Shown one piece after another: positions 9,665 through 18,402 of a stretch of 64,000 nt of DNA; position 1 is the first letter of the stretch; the number at the start of each line of letters is the position of its first letter. A program made the translations under genes and the position numbers. Below the pieces are notes generated by a model, which saw only the letters and a list, made by a program, of their open reading frames with translations, was not told the origin of the DNA and did no database searches. This DNA comes from an uncultured Azohydromonas sp. GTDB lineage: Bacteria > Pseudomonadota > Gammaproteobacteria > Burkholderiales > Burkholderiaceae_C. The stretch is from NCBI GenBank assembly GCA_964618555.1, contig CAZUBF010000001.1, forward strand, positions 74,687 to 138,686, given 5' to 3'.

Positions 9665-10768
9665 CTACGCCGCATGCTTGCGGGGCGGCCGCAGCTCGCG
9701 ATAAAGGGCCTCGACCTGCGCCAGCGGGTCGGCGAAGAACCGGGTCTGCGCGTCACGGCGGGCTGCTTGCCCCAGACGCACGCGCAGCGCGACGTCGTCG
9801 AGCAGGCGCGTCGCCCGGTCGACCAGCGCGTCGAGGTCGTGACGCGCGACGACGAAGCCGGTTTCGCCGTCGCGCACGAACTCGCTCGTGCTGCCGCTGT
9901 CGGTGGCGAGCACGGGCTTGCCGGCGGCGGCGCTCTCGATCAGCACGGCAGGGCAGGGCTCGGGATGCTGCGACGGCACGACGACGACGTCCGAACTGGC
10001 ATAGACGTTCTCGATGTCCTCGCGGAAACCGAGGTAGCGGATGCGCGGGTCGCCGCCGATCATGTCGCGGATCTGCGCCTCCGAGTAGCTGTCGTCCGTT
10101 TTCACGCCGACCCGCTGGCCGGTGATGAGGAAGCGTGCCGACGGCGAACGCAGGCGCTTCGCCATGTCGACGAACATCTGCAGACCCTTGCGGCGGCGCG
10201 TGCGGCCGATGAAGCTGAACACCGTGGCGCCGGGTTCGAGGCCGGGTTCCTCGCGCAGTGGCCGGCCCGACGCGAAGCGCTCGAGGTCGACGAGGTCGTA
10301 CACGGTGCGCATCGGCACGCCGCCGGTGTCGCACACCGTTCGCAGGTAGTCCGAACAGGTGAGCACGACGCGCGCCGCGAGCAGGTCGGGCGAGGGCTTG
10401 TCGACCGGCTGCTGCGAGTGCTGGACGACGGGAATGCCGAGCCATCGCGCGGCTGTCAGCTCGGCGGGACGCCAGCCGATGCACCCGTGGTTGAGGTGGA
10501 CGAGGTCGACGTGGTGGCGGCGCAGGAACCCGGCGCAGCGCACGACGTCGCGCGTGAAGGTCAGCGGGTTGCCGAAGTCGTGACGCGGCCAGACGTGATG
10601 CTCGACGCCGAGGCGCGTCATCTCGCCCTCGATGGGCCCCGGGCGGCTGAGCATCACGATGGGGTGGAACTCGGTGCGGTCGATGTGCCGGATCAGATTG
10701 AACAGGATGCGGCTCGCGCCGCCCCAGTCGCCGTGGGTGCCGACGAAGTAGCAGACGTTCGTGACCAT
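9665..10768 (-). CDS. Glycosyltransferase family 4
   Basis: GGASR N-terminal motif; RRKG; EPCPAVLIE (Ex7E) followed by GKPVLATDSG. Confidence 0.9.
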   Translation of the reverse strand: MVTNVCYFVGTHGDWGGASRILFNLIRHIDRTEFHPIVMLSRPGPIEGEMTRLGVEHHVWPRHDFGNPLTFTRDVVRCAGFLRRHHVDLVHLNHGCIGWRPAELTAARWLGIPVVQHSQQPVDKPSPDLLAARVVLTCSDYLRTVCDTGGVPMRTVYDLVDLERFASGRPLREEPGLEPGATVFSFIGRTRRRKGLQMFVDMAKRLRSPSARFLITGQRVGVKTDDSYSEAQIRDMIGGDPRIRYLGFREDIENVYASSDVVVVPSQHPEPCPAVLIESAAAGKPVLATDSGSTSEFVRDGETGFVVARHDLDALVDRATRLLDDVALRVRLGQAARRDAQTRFFADPLAQVEALYRELRPPRKHAA

Positions 10769-10958
10769 CGATCGCGTCGTCGGGCGGTTGAACTGGCGAG
10801 AGGGTGTGGCGACGCCCGTCGCGGTTCGGGGCGCGATGGCGGCGCCCCGACGCGGCAGTGCGGCGTTCCGGGCGCGCGATGCTAGCAGCGCGCAGCGGCT
10901 CGGCGCCGGGGGCACGGCGAGGCGGACGCGGCGTTGCGTGCGCAATTGCGCAGCACGA

Positions 10959-13055
10959 TCACCGCGAGGTCTCGCCGTGCCCCGTCGGCAGCGCGGCGAC
11001 CAGGGCCCGGAACGACGGCAGCAACACGAGGTTGCCGTACGGACTGACGTGGTCGCCGTCGAAGAACAGCGGCCTGCCGCCGCGCATGGCGCTGCACGTG
11101 ACCGCATCGCACAAGCCCGGCAGCGGATCCCACAGGTGGACGCGCGGATGCGCGGCCGCCAGGCTGTGCAGGGCGCCGACGACCGGCGCGCGATAGCGTT
11201 CCTGGTCGTCGCGCCGTTCGTCGAGGCCGAAGCGGCAGTCGGGGTTGCCGCGGTTGAACCAGTCGACGCACTGGAACGCATGCGCGCGAAACACCGGCTT
11301 GGGCAGTTCGAAGACCACGTGCAGCCCGGCGTCCAGGAGCGGGTTGATCCACGTCGGGGCGTCGGCCGCTGCCGCGCGCGTGAGCGCGGTGTCCGACGCG
11401 CTGCGCAGGTACGCCCCGTCGCCCTGCATGGCCCTGGGCGACCCGCCCAGTTCGACGAGCCGCGGCAGGCGCAGCGACGGCAGGAGGACGACGTCGTGCG
11501 GCCGGGCCTGTGCGAGCACGGTCTGCAGCGACGCCCGGGCCATGCGGTGGCAATGCGCGTCGCGTGCCGGGGTCATGGGCGCCATCATGTCGAGGTAGGC
11601 GCAGCCGGGCACCTGCAGCACCCTGACCACGCGTGCCTGTTCGGCGCTCAGTTGCTCGAGCATCGGCTGGTAGGCGGTGGCGTGCGAGTCGCCCATGACG
11701 AACAGCGTGGCAGGCGCCTGCACCGCGCAGGCCTGGGGCGCGTAGGTCGTCATGGCCTGTGGCGCGGCGCCGACGGCGCTGCGCGACACCGCGGGCTCGC
11801 AGACCCGTCGCGCGGACAGGGTCTGCCGCACCAGGCCGTGCGTGCCGTACCAGTCGGCGGCTTGCCGGGTCGGCTGTCCCAGCCCCAGCGCCGGCTGAGC
11901 TTGCAGCAGGCTGCGCCCGGTCCACCACCCGGCGGCGAGCAGCAACACGAAGGCGCCGATGCGCAGGCCCGGCGGCCAGCGCTTGAGTCGCCCGCTGTGA
12001 CGGATCGGGTTTTCGAGGGCGCGGTACGACACGGCGGCCGCGACGACGCTCAGGGCAACGGCGATCAGGTTGAACGGCCAGACCGTCAGCCCGGTGGTCC
12101 AGCGCGCCAGCACGTACACCGGCCAGTGCCACAGGTACAGCGAGTACGAGCGCAGCCCGACCCACAAGGCCGCCGGGTGCGACAGCAGCGAGTCGATCGC
12201 GCCGGTGCGCCGCACCGATGGCAGCCCGATCAGCAGCACCGTGCCGATCGCCGCGACCGCCGAACGCAGGTACGGGTAGGCCGTGGGCTGCGGCGCCAGG
12301 AAGGCCAGCGCGACGAGACCCAGCCCGACCGGGCCGGCGTGCCGATGCAGGCGCTCGAGGCGCAGCGACGGGGCCGTGATGCGCGAGCCGGCCAGGTACA
12401 GCAGCACCCCGGCCGCCAGCTCCCAGAAGCGGAACCACACGGCATAGAAGACGAAACGTGAACCGCGTGTCAGGCCGAAGTGCACGGCGGCGGCCAGCGA
12501 GGCCACGGCCAGCACCGCGATGACCGTGGTGGCGAGGCGTCGCCGGCGCGACTGCGCGTCGTGCGCCAGCGCGGCGAACAGCAGCAGCGGCGCCAACAGG
12601 TAGAACTGTTCCTCGACACCAAGCGACCAGGTGTGGGTGAAAGGGTTGAACTCGGCGCGCGGCTCGAAGTAGTTGACGACCTGCCGGTCCAGCACCCAGT
12701 TGCTCAGGCCCCAGAACGCAGCCTGTCCGGTGGTCTCGGCGGCGCGGTTGAACCAGGCCTTGGGGACGAACAGCACGTACAGCGCCGTCGTCACGACGAG
12801 CATCGCCACCAGCGCGGGCACCAGCCGCGCCAGGCGCCGGGCGTAGAAGCGGGCCAGGAAGCTGCGCAGGCGTTCGTCGCGATGCCCGGCGAGCGATGCC
12901 GTGACGACGAAGCCGGAGATGACGAAGAACACGTCCACGCCGGTGAAACCGCCGGGAAGCGCCTGCGGCACCAGGTGGTAGATCAGCACCGCCAGCACGG
13001 CCAGCGCGCGCAGGCCGTCGACGTGAGGGTGGTAAGTCGCGGGAATCGAGCTCAA
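10959..13055 (-). CDS. Acyltransferase family 3 with C-terminal SGNH domain (OafA-like O-acyltransferase)
   Basis: DGLRALAV, GFTGVDVFFVISGF, HTWSLGVEEQFY, SYSLYLWHWP; GDSHA and DGDH motifs; TTG start. Confidence 0.93.
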   Translation of the reverse strand: MSSIPATYHPHVDGLRALAVLAVLIYHLVPQALPGGFTGVDVFFVISGFVVTASLAGHRDERLRSFLARFYARRLARLVPALVAMLVVTTALYVLFVPKAWFNRAAETTGQAAFWGLSNWVLDRQVVNYFEPRAEFNPFTHTWSLGVEEQFYLLAPLLLFAALAHDAQSRRRRLATTVIAVLAVASLAAAVHFGLTRGSRFVFYAVWFRFWELAAGVLLYLAGSRITAPSLRLERLHRHAGPVGLGLVALAFLAPQPTAYPYLRSAVAAIGTVLLIGLPSVRRTGAIDSLLSHPAALWVGLRSYSLYLWHWPVYVLARWTTGLTVWPFNLIAVALSVVAAAVSYRALENPIRHSGRLKRWPPGLRIGAFVLLLAAGWWTGRSLLQAQPALGLGQPTRQAADWYGTHGLVRQTLSARRVCEPAVSRSAVGAAPQAMTTYAPQACAVQAPATLFVMGDSHATAYQPMLEQLSAEQARVVRVLQVPGCAYLDMMAPMTPARDAHCHRMARASLQTVLAQARPHDVVLLPSLRLPRLVELGGSPRAMQGDGAYLRSASDTALTRAAAADAPTWINPLLDAGLHVVFELPKPVFRAHAFQCVDWFNRGNPDCRFGLDERRDDQERYRAPVVGALHSLAAAHPRVHLWDPLPGLCDAVTCSAMRGGRPLFFDGDHVSPYGNLVLLPSFRALVAALPTGHGETSR

Positions 13056-13083
13056 GTCCGCGCGGTCGGGCCGCGGTCGACGA

Positions 13084-14802
13084 TCAGTGACGCTGCGAGC
13101 GCAGCCACTGCTCGAGCATCATCAGGATCCACACCATCTCGCCGTAGTAGCCGGGGTGTTCCGGCAGGCGCTGCTGCAGCAGCGGTTCGATGAATTCGCG
13201 CCGCACGATGCCGCGCCCGGCCAGCGACTGCAGCGAGTCCGCCGCGAACGCCTTCAGCCGCGCGTGCCGCGTGGCCCACACGCCGAACGGCAGCCCGAAA
13301 CCCTGCTTCTTCTTGGCCAGGATCTCGTCGGGCAGAAAGCCGCGCAGCGCCTCCTTGAAGAACCAGCGCAGCTTCAGTCCCTTGAGCTTGTAGTCGACGG
13401 GCAGCGCCAGCGACAGGTCCACCACGCCCGGGTCGAGGAACGGGAAGCCCACCGCCACCCCGGCCAGCGACGTGCTGCCGCGCACCTTGGGCAGGTCGGC
13501 CTCGGCCAGCGTGTAGCGCCAGTCGTAGGCCAGCATGCGATTCAGCGCGCTCGCGCGGCCGGGCACCAGATTCCACACGTCGCGCTGCTGGCGCAGCGGG
13601 TCGGCCTCGTCGACGCGGGCCAGGAACTCGGGCGTGAAGACCTGCCGCGGGTCCAGCCGCCGCAGCAGGTTGTACTGCTGCAGCCGGTCCGGCAGCGGCA
13701 CCTTGGCCTGCTGCACGTAGCTGCGGCCCTTGCGCGCCAGCGGCAGGGCGCCCAGCGGCGTGCGCTCCAGCAGCGGCTCCAGCAGCCCGGTGCGCAGCGG
13801 CGCAGGCACGTCGCCGTACCAGCCGAAAATGCGCTGCTTGGCGTAGCGGGCGTTGCCGCCGTAGAGCTCGTCGCCGCCGTCGCCGGCCAGCAGCTTGGCC
13901 ACACCGTCGTCGCGCGCCATCCTGGCGCAGAAGTAGGCCGGCAGCACGCTGCTGTTGCCGAACGGCTGGTCGCAGTGCGCTGCCACGGCCGGGATGGCGC
14001 CGACCAGGTCGTCGGGCGTGACGTAGTACTCGTGGTGTTCGGTGCCGAAGCGCTTGGCGGCGATGCGCGCATACGCCATCTCGTCGTAGCCCTCGGCCTC
14101 GAAGCCGATGCTGTAGGTGGCGGCGCGCCCGGCCAGCTGGCTGATCATGCCGGCGACGGTGGAGCTGTCGGTGCCGCCGCTCAAGAAGCACGCGGGCTTG
14201 CTGCCGTCGAGCTGCGCGGCCACCGCGTCCTGCACGCGCTGGCGGAAGTCGGCGGCCAGGGCGTTGAAGTCGGCCCGCTTCGGCTCCTCGAAGTGCGGCA
14301 GCCAGTAGGGCTGCACGGTCACCTGCCCGTTGTCGAACCACAGGCCGTGTGCCGGCGGCAGGCGATGCACGCCCTGGAAGATGGTGCGCGGGGAAGGCAC
14401 CACGTGGAAGTACAGGTAGTCGTAGACCGCCTGCGGGTCGATGTCGGCGCGCGGCGGCAGCGCGGCCAGGGTGTCGGCGCGCTCGGCGTAGTGCAGCTTG
14501 CCGTCGATCACGCGCCAGCACAGGGTCTGGATGGCGAAGCGGTCGACGGCCAGGAACGCGCGGCCGACGGGGTCGGTCAGTGCCACGGCGAAGTCGCCAT
14601 CCACGCCCCCGAGCGATGCGGCGGCCGCCCGCGACCCGCCGGAGGCTGCGGACTTCGCCATCACGGCCCGCCACGCGGCCAGCGGCCCGCCTTCGCGCGC
14701 GGCCTGCGCCAGCGCCGCATCGCGGAAACGAGGGCGACCCAGCACCAGCGCGGCAGGGCGCGTGGCGAGGTCGTCCGAAGTGTCGGTGGGGGTGGGAGTC
14801 AT
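13084..14802 (-). CDS. Asparagine-synthase-like amide ligase (EPS-associated)
   Basis: GDFAVA, AVDRFA, FLSGGTDSS, GDGGDELYGG, FPFLD, KKQGFGLP; no N-terminal Cys. Confidence 0.88.
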   Translation of the reverse strand: MTPTPTDTSDDLATRPAALVLGRPRFRDAALAQAAREGGPLAAWRAVMAKSAASGGSRAAAASLGGVDGDFAVALTDPVGRAFLAVDRFAIQTLCWRVIDGKLHYAERADTLAALPPRADIDPQAVYDYLYFHVVPSPRTIFQGVHRLPPAHGLWFDNGQVTVQPYWLPHFEEPKRADFNALAADFRQRVQDAVAAQLDGSKPACFLSGGTDSSTVAGMISQLAGRAATYSIGFEAEGYDEMAYARIAAKRFGTEHHEYYVTPDDLVGAIPAVAAHCDQPFGNSSVLPAYFCARMARDDGVAKLLAGDGGDELYGGNARYAKQRIFGWYGDVPAPLRTGLLEPLLERTPLGALPLARKGRSYVQQAKVPLPDRLQQYNLLRRLDPRQVFTPEFLARVDEADPLRQQRDVWNLVPGRASALNRMLAYDWRYTLAEADLPKVRGSTSLAGVAVGFPFLDPGVVDLSLALPVDYKLKGLKLRWFFKEALRGFLPDEILAKKKQGFGLPFGVWATRHARLKAFAADSLQSLAGRGIVRREFIEPLLQQRLPEHPGYYGEMVWILMMLEQWLRSQRH

Positions 14803-14937
14803 CGAATCGGCGGCGATGCGCGATCACGCCGTCCCCGTTGGGCGGCGCTCGCGCGGTGGCATGCTACCGGGGACCCGTGGCGCGGGCGACGCGATCCCCG
14901 CGTTCGGGCGTGTGCGAATTCACCGACGGAGGCGATA

Positions 14938-16035
14938 TTGCTTCATCTGGCCAGCCTGGCCGCGGCGGCGCTGTTCGTCGGCGCGGCATCGGCACAGGAC
15001 ACGCGGTCGACGAAGGTCTACGGCGTGGTCGCGAACTACACGGATACGCGGTCGTTCCCCGGCGGGCCCGAGAAGCTGCAGCGGATCCTGCGCACGGCCC
15101 GCAGCTTTCACGCGGAAGGCAGCGGCGGTGCGCACGATCTCGTCGCCGAGGTTCACCCCGTGCTGCTCCAGTTGCCGCAGGCGCGGCCGCCGGGCAAGTG
15201 CCAGCGCCCCGATGCGGCGGCGCTGTCTGCCGCGCTTCGCGATGCCGGCATCGACCTGAGCGGCCTTCACGCGCTCGTGCTCGTCGTGCCGCCGTCGGCG
15301 CAAGGGTGCCCGGGTGGCCTGCAGACGGTGTTCCGTCACGTCGAGTCGGACGGCGCGGCGCGTCGGGTGCCGCTGGCGCTGGCGTGGTCGCTGACCGAGC
15401 GTTACGTCACCCACGAGATCGTGCACACCTACGGCGTGGGCCACGCGAACTCGCTCGTGTGCCGCAAGGTGACGCTGGCGGCCGATTGCAGGACCCGCGA
15501 GTACGGCAACGCCTGGGACCTGATGGGCCACGACGGCGGCGGACTGAGGATGATCTCGGCGCCGATCCGCGCCTTCCTGGGTTGGACGCAGCCCATGGTG
15601 CACGAGGCCGGGCGCGCCACGTACACGATCGGCGCGGCGACGAAGGCAGGCGGCCTGCCGACGGCGGTCGAGGTGCGGCTGCCGCCGGCCGGCGGCGATG
15701 CCGCGAAGGTCCAGGTGCCGTTGGCGCTGTGGATCGAGTACCGGGCTGCCTTCGGGTTCGACAGGCGCATGGCGAGCACGCGTGGCGGCGGATTCCCCGG
15801 CGGCGCGATGGTGAACCTGACCGGCTCCTGGCGCAGCGGCACGGGCGACCGGGCGCGCACGATCGCGTGTCCGCGCACGGCGCCGTGCCTGCTGGACATG
15901 ACGCCGTCGACGCCGACGTTCGGCGACGCTGCATTGGCCGTCGGGCAGACCTGGACCGACCCGTTCACCGGCACGCGGATCACCGTCGACGGCCGCACCG
16001 ACACGACGTTGACCGTGACCGTGACCAGCCCGTGA
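14938..16035 (+). CDS. Secreted zinc metallopeptidase (metzincin, M11/gametolysin-like)
   Basis: GGAGG RBS then TTG; signal peptide ending ASA-Q; HEIVHTYGVGH zinc motif; EYGNAWDLMG Met-turn. Confidence 0.8.
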   Translation: MLHLASLAAAALFVGAASAQDTRSTKVYGVVANYTDTRSFPGGPEKLQRILRTARSFHAEGSGGAHDLVAEVHPVLLQLPQARPPGKCQRPDAAALSAALRDAGIDLSGLHALVLVVPPSAQGCPGGLQTVFRHVESDGAARRVPLALAWSLTERYVTHEIVHTYGVGHANSLVCRKVTLAADCRTREYGNAWDLMGHDGGGLRMISAPIRAFLGWTQPMVHEAGRATYTIGAATKAGGLPTAVEVRLPPAGGDAAKVQVPLALWIEYRAAFGFDRRMASTRGGGFPGGAMVNLTGSWRSGTGDRARTIACPRTAPCLLDMTPSTPTFGDAALAVGQTWTDPFTGTRITVDGRTDTTLTVTVTSP

Positions 16036-16059
16036 CGGACGGGCTGGTGGAGTGCGACG

Positions 16060-16476
16060 TCAGCCCGGCTGGCCCAAGAAGTGGGGCACATCCGCCAGAA
16101 CGCGCCGAGCGTCGTCCAATGCCTGCTGGGCGGACGAGCGATCGAAGACCTGTTCGGGGATCAGGTCGGTGTCACCATAGAACGCCGCTTCGCGATCGCG
16201 CCGCAGCCGACGCGAAATTGTCGCGAAGTCGGCGAGCTCGGTGCGCAGCGCGGGAGGGAACTTGTCGGCGTGCTCGAGCAGGATCTGGCCCACGTCGTGC
16301 CACTTCGGCGGGTCGATGCCCACGGCGCGCAGCATGCCTTCGAGCACCAGTTCGACGATCTCCTGCGCCTCGCGCACGACGTCGGGGAAGGCATCGTGCT
16401 GCATCAACACCTCGAGCGCCAGCCATCGCTTGGCCGAGCGATTGAAGTAGCTGCGGGCCAGCTCGTCGGCAGTCAT
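16060..16476 (-). CDS. HEPN domain protein (toxin-like partner of an MNT-HEPN pair)
   Basis: VREAQEIVELVL, DPPKWHDV, RRDREAAFYGD; 4-nt overlap with the MNT gene. Confidence 0.85.
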   Translation of the reverse strand: MTADELARSYFNRSAKRWLALEVLMQHDAFPDVVREAQEIVELVLEGMLRAVGIDPPKWHDVGQILLEHADKFPPALRTELADFATISRRLRRDREAAFYGDTDLIPEQVFDRSSAQQALDDARRVLADVPHFLGQPG

Positions 16477-16964
16477 ATCTCGATGCGGTCGCCCCAGCGG
16501 AAATTGGGCGCGAGATCCCAGTAGTAGCCGCCCCCCTTGCGAACACGTCGCGCGCCGGACGCGGCCAGGCGTTCGCCGAGCGCATCGAGGAACTTCCGCA
16601 GCGCTCCATCCTCGTCGACGAGGATGCGCGCCTCGTTGATCATGTCCAGGTACAGCAGGCTGCCGGCGGCGAGCTCGGCAGGAGTCTTCAGCACCGGCGA
16701 GACGATCGTGTGCACGCCCTGCGCGCGCGCTTGCACCACCAGGGGTTCGAGCAACGCGTCGACGCGCTCGAACTCGTCCATGCGCGCTCGGCGGCCCTCA
16801 GGCAGGTCGTCCACGATAAGCAGCACGTCTATGTCCGAATCGGGCCGTTGGGTGTTCCGTGCAACCGACCCGAACAGCGCCAGTGAGCGCATGCGCCGCC
16901 CGTAAACCGTCCTGCACGCATGCGGAAGGGCGGCGACGATGCGGTCGAAGGCTTCAAGGTACAC
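16473..16964 (-). CDS. Minimal nucleotidyltransferase (MNT)
   Basis: LFGSVARNTQRPDSDIDVLL (GS-x10-DxD); start uncertain (GTG 16964 or ATG 17012). Confidence 0.87.
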   Translation of the reverse strand: MYLEAFDRIVAALPHACRTVYGRRMRSLALFGSVARNTQRPDSDIDVLLIVDDLPEGRRARMDEFERVDALLEPLVVQARAQGVHTIVSPVLKTPAELAAGSLLYLDMINEARILVDEDGALRKFLDALGERLAASGARRVRKGGGYYWDLAPNFRWGDRIEI

Positions 16965-17013
16965 GGAGTAGGTCCGACGGGCACCGCGAGTATGCCGCAC
17001 CGGCGCGCGCATC

Positions 17014-18288
17014 TCACGGCGAGGGCGGCGCCTGCAGAGCGCCGGGGTGCCGCACCGGCGCGCTCAGCGCGGTGAGCGAACGCGGGTGGCGGTACTCGTG
17101 CGTGGGCTGCAGGGCGATGCCGTCGAACTCGCCCGGGTCGACCGCCTTGCCGTAGGCGTGCGACGCGGGCAGCAGCCGGTAGTCCTCGCGCGAGGCGCGC
17201 ACGAAGCTGTCCCAGTCGACGTTGAAGTTGTTGCGGTACTCGCCCTGGCCTGCGCCGTCGAGCGTCCCCGGGTTGCCCACCAGCAGGTTGTTCACCGCCT
17301 TGATCGCGACGGCGGCACCGAACTTGCCCTCGCCTTGCATCACGCGCAGGAAGACCCCTTCGCTCGGCCGGTTGTCGACGAGCGTGTTGTGCGCGAGCAC
17401 GATCGCGTGACGCCCGCCCGCGTAGCCCTCGGCACCGAAGGACACGATGACGCCGTTCTCGCTGGTCGAGCTCTGCTGGACGATGTTGCCCAGCAGCACC
17501 ACCTGGCCGCCGTTCGGGAACTCGAGCTCGTAGCTGGTGGTGCCTCCCGTCTCGTCGCTGAAGCGGCTGTAGCGGATGTCGCTGACCGCGGCGCGGCTCT
17601 TCAGCAGGTGCCCGAGGTGGCCCTGGTGGAAGTAGCTGCCACGCACCGTCAGCCGCGCGATCGTGCCGGCGTACAGCTGGTGGTTGTGGCCGTCGAGGCG
17701 CTTGTTGTCGGCGAACTCGCTGTGCTCGACGAGCAACTCCGCGGTTTCGTCGTTGCCGGTGAGCAGCCCCATCTCGTTGCCGAAGAAGCGGCAGTTGCGC
17801 ACCGTCAGCTGCCCGGATTCGAAGCGGATCCCTGCACCGTTGCGCGACGGCACGCGCGTGCCCTCGAAGTCGAAGCCCTCGACGCTGATGCGGCCGCCGC
17901 GCACCACCCAGATCGCCTTCGCTTCGGCCGAACCGCCCGCCGCGACGAGCCGAACGCGGCCACCGACGGCGCGGATCGTCAGGTCGTCCTGCGTCCAGAC
18001 GGCCACGTCGCGACGGTACTCGCCGGCGTCGACTTCGACGGTGTCGCCGTTCCTGGCCTGCCTGGCGGCTTCGGCGACGGTCTTGACGTCCCGCGCCGGA
18101 CCGACTCGGATCACCGCCGCGTGCGGCGCCGGGCGCGCCTTCTCGGCCTTCGCGCGGGCGGTGGCCTTGCCCGGACTCGCGGCCAGTTGTGCCGACGAGG
18201 GCGGCGCGACCCCGGCGGCCAGCATGGCCGCCAGCACCAGCGCAGCGCCCGCGGCGGGCCGTCGCAAAGCAGATGATCGTGAGCCCAT
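17014..18288 (-). CDS. Secreted right-handed parallel beta-helix protein (pectin-lyase-like fold)
   Basis: Signal peptide; VAEAARQARNGDTVEVDAGEY, NGAGIRFE, GHNHQLYAG, GHLLKSRA; Asn-ladder repeats. Confidence 0.78.
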   Translation of the reverse strand: MGSRSSALRRPAAGAALVLAAMLAAGVAPPSSAQLAASPGKATARAKAEKARPAPHAAVIRVGPARDVKTVAEAARQARNGDTVEVDAGEYRRDVAVWTQDDLTIRAVGGRVRLVAAGGSAEAKAIWVVRGGRISVEGFDFEGTRVPSRNGAGIRFESGQLTVRNCRFFGNEMGLLTGNDETAELLVEHSEFADNKRLDGHNHQLYAGTIARLTVRGSYFHQGHLGHLLKSRAAVSDIRYSRFSDETGGTTSYELEFPNGGQVVLLGNIVQQSSTSENGVIVSFGAEGYAGGRHAIVLAHNTLVDNRPSEGVFLRVMQGEGKFGAAVAIKAVNNLLVGNPGTLDGAGQGEYRNNFNVDWDSFVRASREDYRLLPASHAYGKAVDPGEFDGIALQPTHEYRHPRSLTALSAPVRHPGALQAPPSP

Positions 18289-18402
18289 GCCGAGGGGGTG
18301 GCGAGGTCGAAGGGCGGATTCTGACCACGGCCGCGCTGCGGCGCCACTGCGGCTTGCGGGGTGTCGGCATTCCTGACGGTCGCGGCGCGGTCGCGGCGGT
18401 CT

